NCBI GenBank assembly: GCA_015231405.1
Contig: JADGBR010000017.1
Coordinates: forward strand, 1,651 to 65,482
Length of the DNA stretch: 63,832 nucleotides
Origin: Candidatus Omnitrophota bacterium
GTDB taxonomy: Bacteria > Omnitrophota > Gorgyraeia > Tantalellales > Tantalellaceae
Direction of reading: 5' to 3'
The position numbers and the translations under genes are program-made. The notes under the pieces are model-generated. The model had not been told where the DNA came from. It worked only from the letters and a program-made list of their open reading frames with translations, and ran no database searches. Of the stretch, positions 17,422 through 25,213 are shown in pieces (position 1 is the stretch's first letter; each line of letters starts with the position of its first letter).

Positions 17422-18503
17422 CTGAGACCCGCTAGCCGCAAAAAAACATTCGGAACAAAAGACCCCGACAGCGCCCCGGCGACAAGGAGCGAAAGAAAAA
17501 TAAAGATATCCCTCGTATCTATCCTCGCCCCGGACGGCCCGGAAAATATGCTTATAGCGTCAGACGGGCATATATCGATACACTTAGAGCACCTTGTACA
17601 GAAATTAGTTGTTTTATACTCCCCGGAGGCCGTGGTTTCTACCGCCAATGAGGGGCAGACTTCCATGCATTTCCCGCAGCGCGAGCATTTCTCCTTATCG
17701 ATCGTCACCGCGTACGGGCTCGCCTTGCCTGAGATACTTACAAGCGCCCCGAAAGGGCAGATAAAAGAACAGAATATCCTTTTTCCGGTAAGGATCGGGA
17801 TAATTATCACGGCCCCCGCGAGGATCGACCAGAAGAGTACAGCCTGGGCTTTCCGCGTCACGGGATCCGCGGCCCAGAAAGCTTCCGTCATCTTAAAAGG
17901 ACAGAACCACGAGCAAAATACCGGAAGTCCCTGCAAAAAGGTCACGACTAGGATGAATATAAGAAAAGCTATCGGAAGATCGCGCCACCGTCCGGGAGCC
18001 TTGAATTTCAGGATCGGCCTTTTCGCTATCTTCGAGAACCCTTCGTCTATCCCGCCGAAAAAACACACCCATGAGCAGATCCCCTGGCCTATCGTAAAGA
18101 TGATGAGAAGCCACAGGAACCCCATGGTCAGCACCCCCCAAACCCGCCAATCGCCGCTCTTTATGGCCAGGACCTGGCTATGAACGAAATTCGACAGGGT
18201 TGACGCCTCCGCTATATGACAATACGGGGCGGACGGCGTATTCCCGAAGGATATGAACCTGAAAAATTTGAATTCCAGAAAAAATAAAAAAGCCGTAAGG
18301 ATGAACAGTATGGCCCTGTATCTCGAAATTACCCCGTCCCGATATATCCGAAAACCAAGAAAAGCCACGACCGTTGACCACGAGAGCTTAGCTAACAGAA
18401 GCGGAACATCCCGCCCCGCCGAAACAAAAGACAGAACAGCCAAAACCCCCAAAATCCCAAAAGCCAGGCCTGCGCTTTTACGGAATGAACCATTCTTCAC
18501 CAC
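17418..18503 (-). CDS. Membrane polyferredoxin (NapH/MauN-like 4Fe-4S binding protein)
   Basis: 361 aa. TM-embedded CSWVCFFGG, CSWFCPF and CSFICPFGAL, plus two CX2CX2CX3CP motifs (CSRCGKCMEVCP, CTRCSKCIDICP). Confidence 0.8.
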   Translation of the reverse strand: MVKNGSFRKSAGLAFGILGVLAVLSFVSAGRDVPLLLAKLSWSTVVAFLGFRIYRDGVISRYRAILFILTAFLFFLEFKFFRFISFGNTPSAPYCHIAEASTLSNFVHSQVLAIKSGDWRVWGVLTMGFLWLLIIFTIGQGICSWVCFFGGIDEGFSKIAKRPILKFKAPGRWRDLPIAFLIFILVVTFLQGLPVFCSWFCPFKMTEAFWAADPVTRKAQAVLFWSILAGAVIIIPILTGKRIFCSFICPFGALVSISGKASPYAVTIDKEKCSRCGKCMEVCPSLAVETTASGEYKTTNFCTRCSKCIDICPSDAISIFSGPSGARIDTRDIFIFLSLLVAGALSGSFVPNVFLRLAGLR

Positions 18504-18586
18504 ACGCTCCAGGTAAGCAGTAAACCGGAAAGATTATTTTATTGTATCACAAAGATGTATAAGGTTCTATGTCGAGCGTACTCGTT

Positions 18587-18739
18587 GGCGTGAAGGAGAT
18601 GGGGTTCTTCGTACGGCATCTTGCTGTCCCACCGACCGAAATCGCCTTGTGCATTGACCTTGCAAATATACCATTGCAGACAACATACCGAACTAGAAGT
18701 TCGCAAGGTGCCGGTAGAAGGTTCCCATATCCTTCGCGC
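18587..18739 (-). repeat. Long-hairpin structured element, copy A (candidate ncRNA or MITE)
   Basis: Its reverse complement aligns end to end with copies B and C. The arms are GCGCGAAGGATATGGGAACCTTCTACCGGCACCTTGC and GCAAGATGCCGTACGAAGAACCCCATCTCCTTCACGCC. It lies 84 nt upstream of the minus-strand polyferredoxin operon. Confidence 0.8.
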
Positions 18740-18801
18740 TATCGTAATACGCTTGCTAAGCGTTACCATTCTGGATAGAATACTCGCTTTAATGGAAGAT
18801 C

Positions 18802-19740
18802 ATGAACACTATTCTATACATGGCCCCTATAATGGGCGTAACAGGGTGTATCTATCGTAACGTCTACTCCCGGTTCTTCACCGGCTATGACAAAGCCGTA
18901 ACGCCCTTCATCGGCAATACCAAGGGAAGAAGATCGTCCTTGAAGGATGTCCTCCCTGAAAATAACCGCGCCGGGTTCGCGCTCGTGCCTCAGATCCTTG
19001 ACGATCAACCGGCAAATTTCATTAAACTCGCTAAAAAGCTTTACGATATGGGCTACGGTACCGTCAACTGGAACCTGGGCTGCCCCATGAGAATGATACG
19101 AAATAAAAGAAGAGGCTCGGGCATGCTCCCTTATCACGCCGACATAGTCTCTTTCCTGGATAAGACCATTTCCGTTATCCCCAACCGGGTATCCCTTAAA
19201 GTCAGGCTCGGCTCGGAAGAAAGATCCGATCTCGCCGTACTTCTGCCGCAATTGGACCGGTTCGATCTGGAAGAGATCATCGTCCATCCCAGGACAGGCG
19301 TCGAGATGTATTCCGGTAAAGCCGACATATCCGCATTCGAGGAATGCCTTTCGCTGTCGAAACACGCCTTCGTTTACAACGGGGACATCGATTCCCTCGA
19401 AAAATATCAAACTCTTTCGGAACGTTTACCGTCCATAACACGCTGGATGATCGGCCGGGGAGGCATAACGAACCCGTTCCTCCCGGAAGAGATAAAGGCC
19501 CAAAAGAGCGTCCCGCTCCATGAAAAGGAAAAACGCTTTAAGTCTTTCCACGACGCGCTTCTCGAAGAATACCAGAAAACGCTTTCAGGCCCCTCGCACC
19601 TAATAGGCAAAATGAAAGAAGCATGGGAATACTGGTCAGGCGCGATGAAAGACGGTGAAACTCTTTTCCTCGAGATATCCCGGGCTAAAAGCTTAAAACA
19701 ATATCACGCCGCGATCAGCGCGTCCCGCATGATCTCGTGA
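18802..19740 (+). CDS. tRNA-dihydrouridine synthase (Dus) family flavoenzyme
   Basis: 312 aa. MAPIMGVTG, NWNLGCPMRMIRNKRRGSGML (Dus active-site Cys region), and IVHPRTG. Confidence 0.75.
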   Translation: MNTILYMAPIMGVTGCIYRNVYSRFFTGYDKAVTPFIGNTKGRRSSLKDVLPENNRAGFALVPQILDDQPANFIKLAKKLYDMGYGTVNWNLGCPMRMIRNKRRGSGMLPYHADIVSFLDKTISVIPNRVSLKVRLGSEERSDLAVLLPQLDRFDLEEIIVHPRTGVEMYSGKADISAFEECLSLSKHAFVYNGDIDSLEKYQTLSERLPSITRWMIGRGGITNPFLPEEIKAQKSVPLHEKEKRFKSFHDALLEEYQKTLSGPSHLIGKMKEAWEYWSGAMKDGETLFLEISRAKSLKQYHAAISASRMIS

Positions 19741-19857
19741 TAGCGCCCGATCCCCTATCCTTTCGGCCTCTGGGAGAAGTGATCTCCATAAAGATCTTCT
19801 CCAAACTTGGGTGCGTAACGTAAAAAGGAAGTAGTATTTATTTAGCCTTGATCTTAT

Positions 19858-20658
19858 TCATATCTGTTTTCTGAACGCAAAAACGGTCCTGAACATAATA
19901 TATTTCAAGAACGTTCTGCCAAGATCGGTATATTTCTCGAACCTGCCTAAATAATAGCTTATTTTCTCCGGCCAAAGGGAAATACTCTTTCGCCTCCGGT
20001 ATGCAACCGCGGCTTCTCCGCCTAAAAGTTCTAACCCCCGGAAATGAATATTTTCATAACCTGATCTTATGATATCTCTTCGGATCTCAAAGGGGTTCAA
20101 AAAACATATATCCTCATCTCTCTTTACATACCTTTTGTACAAAAAAGGTAAAATGATCCCTAAAATACCGGTTATTGAAAAAGGGTTGGGCATACTGATA
20201 ATAAAATGCCCGTTCTTTTTCAAGATCCTGCTTATCTCCGACAATATTTGTTTTTTATCTCTGATAAAGGGCATCGTGTGCAGTAAATAAACCATGTCAA
20301 AACTGCCATTTCCAAAAGGCATCTTTTCGGCTTCCGATAAAACATATTCGATCTTTTCCGCCTGATCGTCCGAGTTTTGCCGTGCTGCCCGGATCATCGC
20401 TGGAGAGTTATCGACCGCCGTAACAATGGCCCCTTCCTTGACCGCTAACATAGAGAATACCCCGCATGCGCATCCTATATCAAGAACAGATTTACCTTTA
20501 CATGGCACAAGTTCTAAAATTAACTCAAATTCCTGCTTTTGCCATATATTGTATATTTTCCCCCATCTCCGAACAACTTCCGGATCATTATAATAATCTT
20601 TGATCTGTTTTTTGTTTTTCTCGACCATAAATCCCGCTTTGCATCCATAGATCGGCAC
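19858..20658 (-). CDS. Class I SAM-dependent methyltransferase
   Basis: 266 aa. Motif I is VLDIGCACGVFSMLAVKEG and the acidic loop is VTAVDNSPAMI. It looks AT-richer by eye. Confidence 0.75.
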   Translation of the reverse strand: MPIYGCKAGFMVEKNKKQIKDYYNDPEVVRRWGKIYNIWQKQEFELILELVPCKGKSVLDIGCACGVFSMLAVKEGAIVTAVDNSPAMIRAARQNSDDQAEKIEYVLSEAEKMPFGNGSFDMVYLLHTMPFIRDKKQILSEISRILKKNGHFIISMPNPFSITGILGIILPFLYKRYVKRDEDICFLNPFEIRRDIIRSGYENIHFRGLELLGGEAAVAYRRRKSISLWPEKISYYLGRFEKYTDLGRTFLKYIMFRTVFAFRKQI

Positions 20659-20732
20659 GTCTAATAATACACGGATGCTCTGCGCACCCGGACATCCCTT
20701 TCACCGTACAAAAGACGTTATTTTATAAAAAC

Positions 20733-20786
20733 ATAGGGACAGCTCCCTATCCGAGTTAAATAGCTTTCTAAGGAAGCTGTCCCTAT
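20733..20786 (-). terminator. Rho-independent terminator downstream of tRNA-Arg
   Basis: ATAGGGACAGCTCC (20733-20746) pairs with GGAAGCTGTCCCTAT (20772-20786). On the minus strand the stem is followed by GTTTTTATAAAAT. Confidence 0.55.
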
Positions 20787-20796
20787 ATATTTTCAC

Positions 20797-20873
20797 TGGC
20801 GTGCCTGGCGCGATTCGAACGCGCGACCAACGGCTTCGTAGGCCGGTACTCTATCCAGCTGAGCTACAGGCAC
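20797..20873 (-). tRNA. tRNA-Arg(ACG): tRNA-Arg (anticodon ACG), CCA encoded
   Basis: The reverse complement is GTGCCTG TA GCTC AGCTGGATA GAGT A CCGGC CTACGAA GCCGT TGGTC GCGCG TTCGAAT CGCGC CAGGCAC G CCA. The acceptor stem is a perfect 7 bp, the T-loop is TTCGAAT, and the anticodon loop is CT-ACG-AA. Confidence 0.93.
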
Positions 20874-20887
20874 ACGCGAGCGCTCTA

Positions 20888-21229
20888 TCACTCCGACTTC
20901 AGGAACTTCGGATCTTCCATCATCTGCGCGTAGTTGGCCGGAACAGGGACAGGGAAAGTAACTATTTCATATGCTCCCCCGAGAAGCCTCATGCAGGTGT
21001 TGGCCATACCGTGTACTATCCCTTTGGTCATTCCGACCGCGAGATTATCCTTCTTCGTATCCCTTATCATCGTACCCGGCACCTCTACAAGCCCGTCGAA
21101 TATGTTGAGTATGCCTCTTCCGAGTTTAGCCGTAGGATTACTCGGCGCGCCTAACTCGCCCGCGTAGGACGGGACAGCCGAACCCAGGAACATGACGGCC
21201 AGAACGACCAGAGCTAAAACCTTTTTCAT
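20888..21229 (-). CDS. Small secreted protein, exosortase-system-associated TIGR04073-like
   Basis: 113 aa. Signal peptide (…SAVPSYA|GE), then KLGRGILNIFDGLVEVPG, GIVHGMANTCMRLLGGAYEIVTFPVP. Confidence 0.55.
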   Translation of the reverse strand: MKKVLALVVLAVMFLGSAVPSYAGELGAPSNPTAKLGRGILNIFDGLVEVPGTMIRDTKKDNLAVGMTKGIVHGMANTCMRLLGGAYEIVTFPVPVPANYAQMMEDPKFLKSE

Positions 21230-21342
21230 CTCTTCTCCTTTGTTAAAATATTACGGCCGCGTTTTGATCGGATCACGGCCTCCCCCCGAATTATCAGCCT
21301 ACAGTTTACACTTAATGGCGTTTTTTTTCAAATCGTTTCATT

Positions 21343-22434
21343 TCACGGCCTGATATCGGGCTCAAAAGAGATAGCGCCGACCTGGAATCTTCTCATGATA
21401 TCTTCCTTGTCGAAACTTTTCGCGAAGGCCTCGCGGGGTTCGATTATCCCGTCCCGGACAAGTTCGAAAAGCGACTCGTTCATGAGTTTCATCCCGGCTT
21501 TTTTTCCGGTCTGAATAACGGACGGGAGCTGGAAGGTTTTGCCTTCCCTTATGTTCGAGAATACGGCGGTCGTGGCCAGCATTATCTCGAAGGCGGCGAC
21601 GCGCCCTTTGTTCTTCCGTTTGCACAGGTTCTGCGACACGACCCCGCAAAGAGCCCCGGCTAGCATCGTCCTTATCTGCGACTGCTTGTCGGCCGGGAAC
21701 TGGTCGATTATCCTGTCGACCGTGGCGTAAGCCGAAGTAGTGTGAAGAGTTCCGAAGACGAGATGCCCCGTTTCAGCGACCTCGAGCGCTATCTCAACGG
21801 TCTCCAGGTCGCGGAGCTCCCCTATCAGTATGATATCCGGATCCTCCCTCAAAGCCGCCCTTAAAGCGTTCTTGAAACTTTTAGTGTTCTTGTGGACTTC
21901 CCTGTGATTGATAAGACAGCCCTTGCTCTCATGAACGAATTCCACGGGGTCTTCAATGGTTATTATGTGGTCGGTCCTTTTCCTGATTATATAGTCTATC
22001 ATCGCGGCGAGCGTCGTGGATTTACCGCTCCCGGTCGGGCCCGTGATGAGGACCAGCCCTTTTGTCAGATGGCATAGGTTAACGACACCCTGGGGAAGTT
22101 TCAATTCCTCCATCGTTATCACTTTTGAAGGTATCAGCCTAAAAACCGCTCCCGGGCCGTTAATATCGTAAAAATAGTTCGCCCTCAACCTTCCCACTCC
22201 ATCTTCCTTATACGCGAAATCCGTATCCCAACGCTCCGTAAATTCCTTCCAATTCTCTACCGGAGCTATTTCCTCCAGATATGCTCGGACTTCTTCCGCC
22301 CCGAGAATCCCGTACCCCTCGACTTCCTCAAGATCCCCGTCCACCCTGAAAAAAGGTTTACGCTCCGCCCCCAAATGAAGATCCGACGCCCCAAGCGCCC
22401 ACATTTTCCTGAACATTTCCGAAAGCTTAGCCAT
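21343..22434 (-). CDS. pilT: Type IV pilus retraction ATPase PilT
   Basis: 363 aa. ASDLHL, Walker A GPTGSGKSTT, HIITIEDPVEF, the Asp box LREDPDIILIGELRD, and GHLVFGTLHT. Confidence 0.9.
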   Translation of the reverse strand: MAKLSEMFRKMWALGASDLHLGAERKPFFRVDGDLEEVEGYGILGAEEVRAYLEEIAPVENWKEFTERWDTDFAYKEDGVGRLRANYFYDINGPGAVFRLIPSKVITMEELKLPQGVVNLCHLTKGLVLITGPTGSGKSTTLAAMIDYIIRKRTDHIITIEDPVEFVHESKGCLINHREVHKNTKSFKNALRAALREDPDIILIGELRDLETVEIALEVAETGHLVFGTLHTTSAYATVDRIIDQFPADKQSQIRTMLAGALCGVVSQNLCKRKNKGRVAAFEIMLATTAVFSNIREGKTFQLPSVIQTGKKAGMKLMNESLFELVRDGIIEPREAFAKSFDKEDIMRRFQVGAISFEPDIRP

Positions 22435-22515
22435 TTCCCTCCCCCTTCATCGCGTGATCCGATAATCCAAGTATAACCGCAAACTTCATCGAATCAAGCA
22501 ATTATTGCATGTTCC

Positions 22516-22542
22516 GGGGGACAGTCCCAAAAGGGACACCCC
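22516..22542 (+). repeat. REP flanking RAYT (left)
   Basis: GGGGGACAGTCCCAAAAGGGACACCCC, 100 bp upstream of the RAYT start. Confidence 0.85.
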
Positions 22543-22641
22543 TGCGCACAAAAATGACCAAAATCTCTAAAAAAAAAATAATTTAATATTTTTTGAAACA
22601 TTTTTCCTTTTTCCTGTGTCTATAATAAGAAAGGGGGAATT

Positions 22642-23232
22642 ATGCCGCGTAAACCAAGATTTTTACTCGAAGGGCCTTATTACCATATCGTTCAAAGGGG
22701 AACTAATAAACTAGGGTTATTTTGGGACAAGGAGGATTACGAAGTATTCATGGATCTTGTCTTGCGATACAAAAGAAAATACTCTTTTGAACTGTATAAT
22801 TACTCTCTCATGTCAAACCACATCCATCTGCTGATAAAAGCGCTCAACGGCGTATTACCAAAAATTTTTCAGGGCATATTTCAGGTTTACCAGTACCATT
22901 ATCGGAAAAAATACTCCTACGTCGGCCATTTATATCAGAACAGGTTTAAAAGTATCCCCATAACATGTGATTCTCAACTGTTGTGCACCGCGAGATATAT
23001 CGATAGAAATCATTTCAAAGATGTCCCTATCCCCAAGTTTATCGGATACGAATGGTCAAGCTGTAACTTTTATGTAAAGAATGAAAAAAATACTCTAATT
23101 ACGCCAAACCCGGCTTATCTTGAACTGGCCGGAACACCTGCTAAGCGGAGAAACATTTATCTGGATTATCTGCAAACCAGCAATTCACATACCAGGACAT
23201 TTGATGTGACGATCGACAAACTGGCTATTTGA
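22642..23232 (+). CDS. REP-associated tyrosine transposase (RAYT; IS200/IS605-type Y1 HUH transposase fold)
   Basis: 196 aa. YHIVQRG, the HUH motif SNHIHLLI, GHLYQNRFKS, and the Tyr helix ARYIDRNH. It is flanked by inverted REPs and looks AT-rich by eye. Confidence 0.8.
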   Translation: MPRKPRFLLEGPYYHIVQRGTNKLGLFWDKEDYEVFMDLVLRYKRKYSFELYNYSLMSNHIHLLIKALNGVLPKIFQGIFQVYQYHYRKKYSYVGHLYQNRFKSIPITCDSQLLCTARYIDRNHFKDVPIPKFIGYEWSSCNFYVKNEKNTLITPNPAYLELAGTPAKRRNIYLDYLQTSNSHTRTFDVTIDKLAI

Positions 23233-23302
23233 ATTTATTAGCCTATGGAACGCCTGTGACTTTGCCGGAACAAATTATTGCCGAAAAGATCGTTTCTCAT
23301 GC

Positions 23303-23749
23303 TCAAGGGTGTCCCTTTTGGGACTGTCCCCTGAGAGACGAAAAAAAATATACGCTAAGGGCGCACACTAAAGCTATAACACAGGACGTATACACTCCTC
23401 TGGCTGAAAATAACCCGTAAAAAGGGTTAACGGCGGAAGGGAAAAACGGGCGGATGTCGGTATACAAAAATGAATCCAGTAAAACATGCGAATACGCGCC
23501 GGCGACGCAGCTTATCATCCCTTTCCGCGAGCGAAACAACAAAGCCCAAAGGCAGATCGCCGCGATCGACGCGCCGATAAAAGTATGGAAAAAACCATGA
23601 AGGTTTGAATTCAGGCCGAAGACCATGACAATAAGGGGCTCTATATCCGACACGACCCCGGAAACGATGAACGCTCTGGGACAGATCTTCCCCCGGAAGA
23701 CAGCCGCTATGAGAGAAAGCGGGCCAAAATGGAACGGAGTGAAAGGCAT
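23303..23749 (-). CDS. Small polytopic membrane protein, possibly a metal-dependent hydrolase (YdjM/DUF457- or DUF4184-like)
   Basis: 148 aa. MPFTPFHFGP, HGFFHTFIG, and 4 hydrophobic helices. The last ~9 aa (…GQSQKGHP) are REP-encoded. Confidence 0.35.
   Translation of the reverse strand: MPFTPFHFGPLSLIAAVFRGKICPRAFIVSGVVSDIEPLIVMVFGLNSNLHGFFHTFIGASIAAICLWALLFRSRKGMISCVAGAYSHVLLDSFLYTDIRPFFPSAVNPFYGLFSARGVYTSCVIALVCALSVYFFSSLRGQSQKGHP
23307..23331 (-). repeat. REP flanking RAYT (right, inverted)
   Basis: GGGTGTCCCTTTTGGGACTGTCCCC, 75 bp downstream of the RAYT stop. It overlaps the 3' end of ORF 23303..23749. Confidence 0.85.
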
Positions 23750-23751
23750 GA

Positions 23752-25137
23752 CTAAAAATCCACCTGTATCCTCGTGAGTGCGATGTCCGCTCTCCCCACA
23801 CCGTTCAGGTTGGCATGTATGTAATTGATCATGGCCTTGACATTCGGCGTCAGGTACCAGTTAATTCCTATCGTCGAATCGGACAGTATACCTCCCGAGA
23901 CGCCTTCATCCTTAAGATCAAGGTATGAGTATCTGGCCACGAGCTCGACCGCCCCGAAAGTTCCGTCCGATATCGAAAAATTATGGTGCGGCTTCAGCCT
24001 CGTGAATAACCCCTGCGTCTTCGAGTAAGGCATATGTTCCCCGGTAAGAAAAAAACTCCCGTACGCGTAAAGCCCGTGAAGATCGCGGTGCGATCCGAAG
24101 CCGCTCTGGTCGACGACCGATCCCTGATACTCCGACACGAAAGAGAGCGGGCCGAGGACAACCGCCGCTTCGGTGCCGTAAAGGTTGACGGATCTCGCCT
24201 TTATGTTCCCCGTATCGACAAAGTTCGGCGAAAGATGCGATTCGGGCCGTGAAGCGTAACGGACAGTATCCTCCGGATACCTCAGGCTGTATGATCCTCC
24301 CACGTGCAGGAGTTTCGCTCCTTCATCCTCGTACCACGGAAGAGCCGTGACGCGGCTCGTCCAGTTGCTCTCGTTCGAGGTCAGGCGCCCCGTGTCGTCG
24401 GCGTCGCGGAACACCCCTGTCGCCCAGGTCATCCTCTGCTCGAACGCGTCGTTAAAGAGCATTATGCCGGCGTTGCGGACAGGCGAGAAAGCCACGGGGA
24501 GCCCATACTCCACGAACTGGAGATAATTAGTGCTCACTATATTCTCGAACCCGAACGGCTCGTAGAAATGACCCGCCTGGACGCTCCCCAGATAAGGGAT
24601 ACCTTTATAACCGATGTAGGCGTCCTTAAGCGAAACCGGATCGGACACAAAATCGTATTCCAGCTTATAGAAAAAATCCTTATACGCGTTGCCCGACATC
24701 GAGAATCGCGCGCGCCTCATCTCTCCGTCGTCCTTTACCTTCCCAAACCGGCCGCGCATCCTTGCGTCCTCGTCCAGAGCTACCACGTCATAGTTCAACC
24801 TTCCGCCCACTTTTAGGTCGAATTTCTTATCCTCGGTCGCGAAACATACGCCGTCCTTGTAACATACTTTGAGATCGTTCGGTGCGGCCGCCTTCGGCGC
24901 TGTCTCCTTGGAGTCTTCCGGGGCTTCCTTGGCCGGGCCGGCCTTTTCCAAAGCCGCCACTTTCTCAACGAGAGCCCTTATCATCCTGTCCTGGTCGCCG
25001 ATGAGCTTAAGCTGCTTTTCCTGCTCTTCCCTCATTTTCAGCATCTCGACCTTCATATCCGACACGTCGTCCGCCCGGACCGGCAATACCCCCACCGCGG
25101 CAAGGAACACCGCCGCCAATAGAACGATCCTTCTCAT
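23752..25137 (-). CDS. Phosphate-selective porin O/P family outer-membrane protein
   Basis: 461 aa. Signal peptide, N-terminal coiled coil, alternating beta-strand pattern, and a C-terminal aromatic residue (...RIQVDF). Confidence 0.7.
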   Translation of the reverse strand: MRRIVLLAAVFLAAVGVLPVRADDVSDMKVEMLKMREEQEKQLKLIGDQDRMIRALVEKVAALEKAGPAKEAPEDSKETAPKAAAPNDLKVCYKDGVCFATEDKKFDLKVGGRLNYDVVALDEDARMRGRFGKVKDDGEMRRARFSMSGNAYKDFFYKLEYDFVSDPVSLKDAYIGYKGIPYLGSVQAGHFYEPFGFENIVSTNYLQFVEYGLPVAFSPVRNAGIMLFNDAFEQRMTWATGVFRDADDTGRLTSNESNWTSRVTALPWYEDEGAKLLHVGGSYSLRYPEDTVRYASRPESHLSPNFVDTGNIKARSVNLYGTEAAVVLGPLSFVSEYQGSVVDQSGFGSHRDLHGLYAYGSFFLTGEHMPYSKTQGLFTRLKPHHNFSISDGTFGAVELVARYSYLDLKDEGVSGGILSDSTIGINWYLTPNVKAMINYIHANLNGVGRADIALTRIQVDF

Positions 25138-25213
25138 CGCAATTTCCTCCTCTTCCGGTTCTCTACATTTTATACTCTACAATTTTGGTAGACATTTCCA
25201 GATTCTACCCGCC

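Noticed and set aside
20659-22641. tRNA-Arg followed by RAYT/REPs as the edge of an integrated genomic island or prophage.
   Set aside because: There is no integrase, no phage genes and no direct repeat of the tRNA 3' end anywhere in the window. The genes between (TIGR04073-like, pilT) are ordinary chromosomal functions.
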